A stretch of DNA of 36,565 nt, taken from the NCBI GenBank assembly GCA_964552325.1, contig CAZKHA010000017.1:1-36565 (forward strand). The letters are read 5' to 3'. Below, in pieces: positions 18,314 to 26,280 of the stretch. Position numbers and translations under genes: made by a program. This DNA is from an uncultured Bacteroidales bacterium. GTDB taxonomy: Bacteria; Bacteroidota; Bacteroidia; Bacteroidales; TTA-H9. Each line of letters begins with the position of its first letter. Position 1 is the first letter of the stretch. The notes under the pieces are model-generated. The model saw nothing but the letters and a program-made list of their open reading frames with translations. It did not search any database and was not told where the DNA came from.

Positions 18314-19390
18314 ATGTACAAATCATATGTAATACACAGTTTTAGGCATGATGTTGTGATGGATCAATCCTTGGTTGCATTACAGGTATTTATAAAAGAA
18401 ATACTTGATTGTGAGCGCCTTGTGATTATTTGTGATTCGAATACTGCCATCCACTGCCTCCCTTTGTTCATGCAGCAAGCGGGCCTGTGTGAGCATCCCT
18501 ACATTGTTCAAATACCTGCAGGCGAATCATCGAAAAACCTGACATCGGCTAACAGGATTTGGCAGGAATTCACCGAGCAAAACATAAGCCGGAACGCCAT
18601 TTGTGTAAACCTTGGAGGAGGCGTAGTTACCGATTTGGGAGGATTTGCAGCCTCCCTTTATAAGCGTGGCATTCGGTATATAAATATCCCCACAACGCTT
18701 CTTGCCATGGTTGATGCTTCAGTAGGAGGGAAAACCGGCATTGATTTCATGGGCCTCAAGAATCAAATCGGGCTCTTTTCCTTTCCGTTACGGATTTTTG
18801 TTTCAACGGTTTTTTTACAAACCTTGCCAAAACGTGAGTTGGTGGCCGGTATGGCTGAAATGTTTAAACATGGATTGCTTGAGGGGGGCAAACACTGGGC
18901 CGAGATTTGCCAAGCAAAACCTGAAGAAATGCTTGGCAAGCCAGGACTTATTGCCGATTCTATTCGGATAAAAAACAAGATGGTAACCCTCGATCCTTTT
19001 GATTCGCATGGGCGCAAGGCATTAAACCTGGGGCACACCATTGGACATGGGTTAGAGGCTTGGGCGCTAAGCAATCAAGTTGGACAGCCATTGCTCCATG
19101 GCGAGGCTGTTGCTTTGGGCTTGCTTGCCGAGTCTTTTTTGGCTCAGGAACACTTGGGATTAAATCAACAAGTTTTAGAAACTATCCAAAATTGGGTTCT
19201 TCATCGGTTTCACATACCTGATTTTGACATGGATGTAGTTTTGAAAAACCTTAAACATGATAAAAAGAATAAGGGAAACGAAATCAATTTTAGTTTGTTG
19301 AAGAGCCTTGGTAATGTACAAATCGATGTGCCGCTAGAAACCGACGCCATTAAGGCCTCGTTGCACTATTTAAAGAGTTTACGACAATGA
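18314..19390 (+). CDS. aroB: 3-dehydroquinate synthase
   Basis: Contains the GGGVVTDLGGFAASLYKRGIRYINIPTTLLAMVDASVGGKTG NAD-binding motif and metal-binding histidines. The true start may be the internal Met (MDQS, about 18359). Confidence 0.88.
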   Translation: MYKSYVIHSFRHDVVMDQSLVALQVFIKEILDCERLVIICDSNTAIHCLPLFMQQAGLCEHPYIVQIPAGESSKNLTSANRIWQEFTEQNISRNAICVNLGGGVVTDLGGFAASLYKRGIRYINIPTTLLAMVDASVGGKTGIDFMGLKNQIGLFSFPLRIFVSTVFLQTLPKRELVAGMAEMFKHGLLEGGKHWAEICQAKPEEMLGKPGLIADSIRIKNKMVTLDPFDSHGRKALNLGHTIGHGLEAWALSNQVGQPLLHGEAVALGLLAESFLAQEHLGLNQQVLETIQNWVLHRFHIPDFDMDVVLKNLKHDKKNKGNEINFSLLKSLGNVQIDVPLETDAIKASLHYLKSLRQ

Positions 19391-20628
19391 AATATGCCAG
19401 AATAACTTATACAGGGAAGCTTAATAGCGCCAATATACGGCTCCCAAAATCAAAAAGCATCAGTAATAGATTACTGGTAATGAATGAGTTATGCGATAAT
19501 TGCCTTAACATTGAACAGCTTTCGGAATCAGATGACACCAAAGCCCTGCTTATAGGTTTGCAGCAAATGCGCGATAAATATGCCGTGGTAGATATAGGCG
19601 ACGCTGGCACGGCTGCTCGATTTTTAAGTGTATTAATGGCTATTAAAGGTTTTGAGGGTGTGCTAACAGGAAGCCCCCGTATGCGGGAACGACCAATGTT
19701 TGCTTTGTTAGATGCTTTAAGAGAGTTAGGGGCTCAAATACAATGCCTTGAAAAGCCCGGCTATCTACCCGTTAAGTTTTCGAAGCCTATAATGAGGGGA
19801 GGCGATGTAGAAGTACGCGCTGATATTAGCAGCCAATTTACATCAGCGCTTATGATGGCCGGCCCCTATTTGGTGGGTGGGCTTAACCTGCATTTAACCG
19901 GTGACATTACTTCTGCGCCGTATATCGCCATGACCCTCAAGCTTATGGAGTCGTGTGGCGTGAAATGCCAATGGCGCGGCAAGGTAATTACCATTCCTCA
20001 AGGGCACTACAAGCCAACACGTTTTGTAGTAGAATCAGATTGGAGCTCTGCAGCACCATTTTATGCCCTTTGCAGCCTAGTAGGAAACACTGCTTTCGAT
20101 TTCGATGACCTAGAGATGAGCGAATTGCAGGGCGATAAACTGGCCATTGATCTATTCAAACAATTGGGTGTAATTTCCACTTCTACCACCCAAGGTATCC
20201 GAATTTCAGGCGGAGGACCTGTAAAATCGTATGTGGAAGTTGATTTTGCCGAATCCCCAGACCTGGCTCAATGTTTTATTGCTGCCACAGCGGCGCATAT
20301 GTCAGAAGGCATGTTTACAGGATTGCACACGTTGCACCATAAAGAAACCGATAGGTATCAAGCCATGTTGACTGAATTGCAGGGTATTGGCATAGCCACC
20401 CGCAACGATGGTTTTACAACCATTCGTGTTTTACCTGGCACTCCAGCCAACAACCCTTCTATACATACTTATGGCGATCATCGCATGGCCATGGCTTTTG
20501 CGGTAATGGCACCCAAAACCAATCATGTCGAAATTGAAAATCCTGAAGTAGTGTCCAAATCCTTCCCTGGTTTTTGGGAAGAATTGATGAAAACAGGATT
20601 AATTGTGGAGTTTTATGATTTGCCTTAA
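19387..20628 (+). CDS. aroA: 3-phosphoshikimate 1-carboxyvinyltransferase (EPSP synthase)
   Basis: 413 aa with the LPKSKSISNRLL motif of EPSP synthases. Overlaps aroB by 4 nt. Confidence 0.88.
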   Translation: MKYARITYTGKLNSANIRLPKSKSISNRLLVMNELCDNCLNIEQLSESDDTKALLIGLQQMRDKYAVVDIGDAGTAARFLSVLMAIKGFEGVLTGSPRMRERPMFALLDALRELGAQIQCLEKPGYLPVKFSKPIMRGGDVEVRADISSQFTSALMMAGPYLVGGLNLHLTGDITSAPYIAMTLKLMESCGVKCQWRGKVITIPQGHYKPTRFVVESDWSSAAPFYALCSLVGNTAFDFDDLEMSELQGDKLAIDLFKQLGVISTSTTQGIRISGGGPVKSYVEVDFAESPDLAQCFIAATAAHMSEGMFTGLHTLHHKETDRYQAMLTELQGIGIATRNDGFTTIRVLPGTPANNPSIHTYGDHRMAMAFAVMAPKTNHVEIENPEVVSKSFPGFWEELMKTGLIVEFYDLP

Positions 20629-20651
20629 TTGCTTGACTAAACCCATTTCCG

Positions 20652-20659
20652 TACCTTTG
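20652..20659 (+). promoter_or_regulatory. TACCTTTG -7 box 26 nt upstream of the 20685 start
   Basis: Exact TAnnTTTG match at the expected spacing. Confidence 0.4.
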
Positions 20660-20684
20660 TTCGTTCATTTTAGAGCCGAATCCC

Positions 20685-21407
20685 ATGATAGTTGATATAT
20701 TTATCCCTTGTTTTATTGACCAGTTCTATCCTTCAACCGGCATGAACATGGTTAAGATTCTCGAGAAACTGAATGTAGATGTACATTACAACCCTAAGCA
20801 AACATGCTGTGGCCAAATGGCCTATAACAGTGGTTATTGGGACGAAGCGAAGGCAATAGGCGAAAAATTCATCAATGATTTCCCTAACGACCGGCCTATT
20901 GTTGGCCCTTCAGCCTCTTGTGCTGGTTTTGTAAAGAATTACTATCACGTGCTTTTCCACAACTCTTCTTTACATAATGAATACAAGCAACTAAAGAAGA
21001 ATTTATATGAATTTACCGATTTTGTGGTTAACGTGCTTAAGTTTGAGGATATTGGAGCTACGTTTGAGCATAAAGTCACCTATCATGATTCATGTGCAGC
21101 ACTAAGGGAGTATAAGTTAGGGAACGAACCGCGCATTTTGTTGCGGAAAGTTAGAGGCCTGGAACTCATCGAAATGAAGAACACCCATGAGTGCTGTGGT
21201 TTTGGCGGCACTTTTTCAATTAAACATGAGCCAATTAGCACCGCAATGGCTCAACAAAAAGTTGAAAACGCGCTTGCTACAGGTGCGGAATACATTGTTT
21301 CAACAGATTCCTCGTGTTTGATGCATATGGAAGGGTATATCAAAAAGCACAATCTGCCAATTAGAACGATACATTTAATTGATGTATTAGCTGCTGGTTG
21401 GGACTAA
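20685..21407 (+). CDS. (Fe-S)-binding CCG-domain protein, LutA/GlcF-like (lactate utilisation protein A family)
   Basis: 240 aa with two cysteine-rich CCG motifs (QTCCGQ and ECCGFGG) in LutA-like arrangement. No lutB or lutC is adjacent. Confidence 0.7.
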   Translation: MIVDIFIPCFIDQFYPSTGMNMVKILEKLNVDVHYNPKQTCCGQMAYNSGYWDEAKAIGEKFINDFPNDRPIVGPSASCAGFVKNYYHVLFHNSSLHNEYKQLKKNLYEFTDFVVNVLKFEDIGATFEHKVTYHDSCAALREYKLGNEPRILLRKVRGLELIEMKNTHECCGFGGTFSIKHEPISTAMAQQKVENALATGAEYIVSTDSSCLMHMEGYIKKHNLPIRTIHLIDVLAAGWD

Positions 21408-21438
21408 AGCCACACCTTGTTTTCTGGTGCTTAGCTGC

Positions 21439-22278
21439 TTACTGCCGTGTAAAACGTTCGTCACCAGCCGATTCTAGCTTGCCCGTAAATCTATTGTAAT
21501 GGAGGTAACGCTCTGGTTTGTAATTATTTGGATAGTTAGCATAAATGTAAAGATTCAGAATATAGTCGAAACTGTACGAGGCATATTTACGCCCCAGTTC
21601 ATCGGCCATGGTATAAATCTTTGAAAGACTGAGTTGATCAGTCTTGAGTTGATGCATGATTTTTCCGGTTCTACGTGATTTTAAAAAACCACTTTTAACA
21701 ATATCTTCTGTAAGATGGTTTTCGGCATACAGCGGTTTGGGCTTTCCTTTGGTGTTTGCTGATTCGGTAATCAGGAACCATGCATGCATCGAAACAGCAT
21801 CAAGGTTTATGTCTTTTTGGTAAACCGTATTATATATGTATTGCTCATCCGTAATGGTTTTTTCAAACTCTTGTAATTCAAGTTGGTCGATGGTTACCTT
21901 AAAATTATGAGTTCTCGGTGGGCAATCGGTAGCTGAAGAGCCATCAAGGCAAACATTAAGGCCCAAGGCATTTAATTCAGCCATATAGGCTTCCGTAAAT
22001 CGTGTTAAAAAAATGGAATCGGATAGCAGCTTTAAAAACTTGCTATTCTCAAATTTTATCCTTTCAAGTTCCGATTGCTTTAGCTTGGCTTCTTTGGGTG
22101 CACTTGTGTTTTTGAGATTGGTTTTAAACAAATAACCTGTTGGTTCTAAATATACTACTGATTTTGAAGCTTCCGTAACAATAAATTGGTTGCCCAACTT
22201 CCGTTCAAAACTACATGATACTAATGCAAACGACACTGCGATAAATAAGATCCAAGTACGATAATTTGCGAACTTCAT
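21439..22278 (-). CDS. Hypothetical lipoprotein
   Basis: 279 aa with a signal peptide and lipobox (FALVSC|S). No recognisable catalytic motifs. Confidence 0.6.
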   Translation of the reverse strand: MKFANYRTWILFIAVSFALVSCSFERKLGNQFIVTEASKSVVYLEPTGYLFKTNLKNTSAPKEAKLKQSELERIKFENSKFLKLLSDSIFLTRFTEAYMAELNALGLNVCLDGSSATDCPPRTHNFKVTIDQLELQEFEKTITDEQYIYNTVYQKDINLDAVSMHAWFLITESANTKGKPKPLYAENHLTEDIVKSGFLKSRRTGKIMHQLKTDQLSLSKIYTMADELGRKYASYSFDYILNLYIYANYPNNYKPERYLHYNRFTGKLESAGDERFTRQ

Positions 22279-22303
22279 GATGCGTATAGGTTAAGGTTAA
22301 GGC

Positions 22304-22323
22304 AATCGTTTAAAACAACGATT
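22304..22323. promoter_or_regulatory. Perfect 7-bp inverted repeat AATCGTT-N6-AACGATT in the divergent promoter region
   Basis: Read directly from the sequence; lies 26-45 nt upstream of the lipoprotein ATG. Confidence 0.35.
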
Positions 22324-22361
22324 CTGTACAAAAATTATGCTACATATTGCGTATTAAGGCG

Positions 22362-22369
22362 TAATTTTG
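22362..22369 (+). promoter_or_regulatory. TAATTTTG -7 box 30 nt upstream of the 22399 start
   Basis: Exact TAnnTTTG match. Confidence 0.4.
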
Positions 22370-22398
22370 CCCATCCAACAACCAAATTCCAACAAATT

Positions 22399-24774
22399 AT
22401 GAACTCCTTGCCACGAACGGCTTTCATGTTTGCCATTTTATTGCTGAGCTTGGTTAGCAAAGCACAAATCATACAGTGCAATTTACCCCAGTTTGAACTT
22501 TCCATTGATGCCAGCGGCTGTTTTACACGGCTGGCCAATCCTAAATCGGGCATCGATTATCTGGCAAAAGGCCTTGAAAACCCTGTGCTTTCGGTACGCA
22601 TTAGCAAGCAATGGCACAAACCAACAGCTGCAAGATGGGACAAAAAGAAACAGCTACTTCAGTTGGATTTTAGCCAAGCAGAAGCACACGTAAAAGTGAA
22701 AATTACCCAAAAAGAAGCCTATTTAAGATTTGAGGTAATCGAAATGCAACCCAATTCTATTGAGGCAATTGTTTGGGGACCGGTGCCAAGCAGCATTACT
22801 GAAACCATTGGCGAAGTGGTGGGTGTGGTGCGAAACAACGATTATGCTATTGGCATCCAGTCATTAAACACAAAAACGCTTGGTGGCATTTTAAAAAACG
22901 AAGAGGGTTCTGAAGATGCCCGTGGTTCGGTGGCCGTTGCACGCGATTATGGGAGCAGCCTTCAGGCATATTCAATTAACCGTTCCTTTGAACGTACCTT
23001 GGATGTTTGGTGTGAATATTTTCCACATTTCCCCGAAATGCCCGTGCCACCCATACAAAACGAAACCTGCATTGGTTCAGCTATCGCGCTTTTTGGATGT
23101 TCGCCCAACGATGTGCTGCCAAGTATTGAGGCTATCGAACTTGGAGAAAACTTGCCGCATCCTATGCTCGATGGAAAATGGATAAAACAAACCCGCGAAA
23201 CAGGGCGGCCCTATATGATTGCCGATTTCAACGACCGAAACATTGACAGCCTTTTAAATTATGCACAACAAGCAGGCATGGCAGCTTTGTACCACGAAGG
23301 GCCTTTCAAAACCTGGGGACATTATATCCTTGACTCAACCCGGTTTACGAATGGAAACGCTAGTATGCGGATTTGTGTTGAAAAGGCAAGGTCCAAAGGC
23401 TTGCGCATTGGGGTTCACACGTTAACAACTTTTATCACTACCAATGATCCCTATGTTAGCCCCGTACCCGATAAACGGCTGTCAGTTACCGGAAATGCAA
23501 AGTTGATGATAGCAGTTGATGACAAAACTGACATCTTAGAGGTATCATCCCCAAAGTTTTTCAACAACACCAAAGCCAATAGTTTACATGCATTCAGGAT
23601 AGGGAATGAAATTATCCGTTATAAAACCGTTTCTGAAACAGCCCCCTTTTTACTTTCCGATTGCCAACGAGGAGCCTATGGAACCAAAGCGGTGGCACAT
23701 CCCAAAGGTGCTGTGGTGAGCATGTTGATGGATTACCCTTATGAAGTGTTTTTCCCTAATTTTGATTTACAACAAGAGATTGCCGGCAACTTGACCAAAT
23801 TCTTCAACGAAACAGGCGTTTCGCAAATGGATTTTGATGGGCATGAGGGCTGTTACTCCACAGGCCAAGGCGATTATGCCATGCAAGCTTTTGCTGACAA
23901 AGTTTACCGAGGAACCAAGCACAACTTGGTGAATGGCACCAGCCGTTCGAGCCATTATTATTGGCATTTATGCCACTATTGGAATTGGGGCGAACCTTGG
24001 TATGGCGGTTTTAGGGAAAGCCAAGGCGATTATCGGATTGAGAACCAACCCCTACTCGAACGAAATTACATGCCCAATATGCTGGGTTGGTTTTTGCTTT
24101 CGGCTACTACCACGCCCGATGACATTGAGTGGATGATGGCCAGGGCCGCGGGCTTTAATGCCGGCTTTGCACTTGTGGCACGCATCGAGGGACTGCGCAA
24201 GAATCCTCAAACTGACAAGCTACTGTATTTGATAAAGATATGGCAGGAAGCCTATCAAAACAATTTGTTTACCGATGCGCAACGCAAACGCCTGAAAGAT
24301 CCTACAACGGATTTTCACCTCGAGAAATCACAAGGCGGCTTCAACCTCTACCCTTTTAATAAATTTGAGTTTGAACACACCCCGAAATTGCTTCAACCCG
24401 GCCAGCCAACTTACAGCGAATGGGATTTCGCAAACAAAGATGCTGACCAGCCATTCCTTTTTACCATCACGCTATTGGGCGAAAAAGGCGGGATTTCTAA
24501 CCCAATTATCGAACTCGACAATTACCAGCGTATTGAGTTAACTGGCAACTTTACAGCTGGAAGCTCCCTTGTTTGTGACGGATCAAGCATAAAAGTTTAT
24601 AATGCCAAAGGCAAGTTCCAGCAGCAAATTGCCTTATCGAAAGCCCTCCCGAAGTTAAGCAACGGAAACCATAAACTTAAATTCGATTGCAAATTTGCCG
24701 ATGAAGATGGCCCCAAACTGCGGATCGTTGTTAAAACCCTAGGCAAAGCAGAATGGGTAAAAGCCAACGAATAG
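22399..24774 (+). CDS. Secreted 791-aa protein of unknown function. Possibly a TIM-barrel glycoside-hydrolase-like catalytic domain with a C-terminal beta-sandwich.
   Basis: Signal peptide MNSLPRTAFMFAILLLSLVSKAQ. It is a long Trp/His-rich protein with DFDGHEG and SRSSHYYWH motifs. I found no match I recognise to a named family. Confidence 0.5.
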   Translation: MNSLPRTAFMFAILLLSLVSKAQIIQCNLPQFELSIDASGCFTRLANPKSGIDYLAKGLENPVLSVRISKQWHKPTAARWDKKKQLLQLDFSQAEAHVKVKITQKEAYLRFEVIEMQPNSIEAIVWGPVPSSITETIGEVVGVVRNNDYAIGIQSLNTKTLGGILKNEEGSEDARGSVAVARDYGSSLQAYSINRSFERTLDVWCEYFPHFPEMPVPPIQNETCIGSAIALFGCSPNDVLPSIEAIELGENLPHPMLDGKWIKQTRETGRPYMIADFNDRNIDSLLNYAQQAGMAALYHEGPFKTWGHYILDSTRFTNGNASMRICVEKARSKGLRIGVHTLTTFITTNDPYVSPVPDKRLSVTGNAKLMIAVDDKTDILEVSSPKFFNNTKANSLHAFRIGNEIIRYKTVSETAPFLLSDCQRGAYGTKAVAHPKGAVVSMLMDYPYEVFFPNFDLQQEIAGNLTKFFNETGVSQMDFDGHEGCYSTGQGDYAMQAFADKVYRGTKHNLVNGTSRSSHYYWHLCHYWNWGEPWYGGFRESQGDYRIENQPLLERNYMPNMLGWFLLSATTTPDDIEWMMARAAGFNAGFALVARIEGLRKNPQTDKLLYLIKIWQEAYQNNLFTDAQRKRLKDPTTDFHLEKSQGGFNLYPFNKFEFEHTPKLLQPGQPTYSEWDFANKDADQPFLFTITLLGEKGGISNPIIELDNYQRIELTGNFTAGSSLVCDGSSIKVYNAKGKFQQQIALSKALPKLSNGNHKLKFDCKFADEDGPKLRIVVKTLGKAEWVKANE

Positions 24775-24790
24775 ATGGCAAAATTTATCC

Positions 24791-26185
24791 ATGGACAGCT
24801 TAAATTGCCAGGTAAAATGTACTTTTGGAAACATCAAACAAAAGTTGCTTATGCTTGATTTTTTTAAGAAGCTTTTTAAGGCTTCCTATGCGTTGCATCC
24901 GTTCAGGACCCTACTAATTATTGGTGTTATTGTCACTTCGGTTTCTTCAAATCTCCATTGGGGGCAAGATCATTGGAAAAACATACTTGAAGCCGATGCC
25001 AAAGGATATTATGCCTATTTGCCCGCGGTATTCATTTACCAAGATTTAAACTTTGGCTTTTTCGACAAAATAGAAAAGGAAACCTACTACAATTCAAATT
25101 TGTTTTATGATTACCGTTCGTTTGCACATGGCAAAATCATTAATAAATACTATTGCGGAACAGCTATTTGCCAACTGCCTTTTTTCGGAATAGCCCATGC
25201 CCTCAGCCCTTTCATGGGGTTTGAGCAGGATGGTTATTCAAAGCTTTACCTTGTAATGGTTAATGTTGCTGCTATCATTTACTTGATGCTTGGGTTGTTT
25301 TTTGCTGACAAAGTATTGCAAAAACGGCGGATTTCAGCAAATGTAAGAGCCATCGTACTGTTTGCATTTGCCTTGGGAACCAACTTGTTTTACTATACTA
25401 CCGGCGAATGTGGCATGTCGCATGTATATTCGTTTGCCCTTATAAGTTTGTTTGTGTACTTATTACAAGGCTATTTTGAGGATGGCAAATGGATGAAACT
25501 AAACGCAGCCCTGGCATTGGCTGGGCTAATCGTATTGGTGCGTCCGGTTAATGGCTTGGTTGTGTTTTCGGTAGTTTTTTTAGCAGGAAACGGCGACGTG
25601 CTGAAAAATAGATTTTTGTATGCGTTAAAGCACATAGGTAAAATTGTTCCGGGCTTGGTTGTAGGATTGCTATTCCCGCTGCTTCAACTTCTAATTTACA
25701 AGGTTTCAACGGGTCATTTTGTAGTGTACTCGTATATAAATGAAGGTTTTAATTTCACGCAACCGCAAATATTCGATTTTTTAATCAGCTATAAAAAAGG
25801 GATGCTTGTTTATACCCCGATGCTATTATTGTCACTAGTGGGCTGCTATGTGCTATTTAAAAAAAGCGCATTTGAAGGATGGAGCTTTGTTTTGTTTCTA
25901 TTGGTTGTGCTTTACGTATTATCTTCTTGGTGGAATTGGTGGTATGGGGGTAGTTTCAGTAGTAGGGTGATGATTGATTATTATATCTTTTTTACGATTG
26001 CCCTTGCCAGCCTCATCCAAGCAGTAACCACCAAATTGCCAAGACGATTGCTTATTGGTTTAGTGATAGCTATAACGCTGTTTACCCAAATCCAAACCTA
26101 TCAATACCGCTATTACAAAATACATTGGGAAGAACAAACCAAGGATCGCTATTGGAGTGAATTTATGCGCATTGATAAGTTGTAG
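24791..26185 (+). CDS. Polytopic membrane protein (about 11 TM helices); putative GT-C-fold glycosyltransferase (PMT/ArnT-like). Probable true start 24851.
   Basis: The first TM is followed by a ~90-aa loop carrying EADAKGYYAYLP, reminiscent of the acidic D-x-D / DxxGYY loop-1 motifs of GT-C enzymes. Many further hydrophobic helices follow. The gene sits between a secreted protein and a flotillin. Confidence 0.4.
   Translation: MDSLNCQVKCTFGNIKQKLLMLDFFKKLFKASYALHPFRTLLIIGVIVTSVSSNLHWGQDHWKNILEADAKGYYAYLPAVFIYQDLNFGFFDKIEKETYYNSNLFYDYRSFAHGKIINKYYCGTAICQLPFFGIAHALSPFMGFEQDGYSKLYLVMVNVAAIIYLMLGLFFADKVLQKRRISANVRAIVLFAFALGTNLFYYTTGECGMSHVYSFALISLFVYLLQGYFEDGKWMKLNAALALAGLIVLVRPVNGLVVFSVVFLAGNGDVLKNRFLYALKHIGKIVPGLVVGLLFPLLQLLIYKVSTGHFVVYSYINEGFNFTQPQIFDFLISYKKGMLVYTPMLLLSLVGCYVLFKKSAFEGWSFVLFLLVVLYVLSSWWNWWYGGSFSSRVMIDYYIFFTIALASLIQAVTTKLPRRLLIGLVIAITLFTQIQTYQYRYYKIHWEEQTKDRYWSEFMRIDKL
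24820..24827 (+). promoter_or_regulatory. TACTTTTG -7 box lying inside the first 20 codons of the called ORF, 24 nt upstream of the internal ATG at 24851
   Basis: Exact TAnnTTTG match. It argues the true start of the membrane protein is 24851. Confidence 0.35.
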
Positions 26186-26226
26186 TATTTTCATGCGATA
26201 GCTGCTGAACATTACATCACATTTGA

Positions 26227-26234
26227 TACATTTG
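26227..26234 (+). promoter_or_regulatory. TACATTTG -7 box 46 nt upstream of the flotillin start
   Basis: Exact TAnnTTTG match. Confidence 0.35.
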
Positions 26235-26280
26235 CTTCGTGTAATTATTCAGTGTTTCAAATCAACAAAATCTAAACTTT

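Noticed and set aside
22335-22553. 72-aa minus-strand ORF spanning the divergent promoter and the start of the secreted-protein gene
   Set aside because: It overlaps a consensus promoter and the signal-peptide-coding region of a much better-supported gene, with no homology features.
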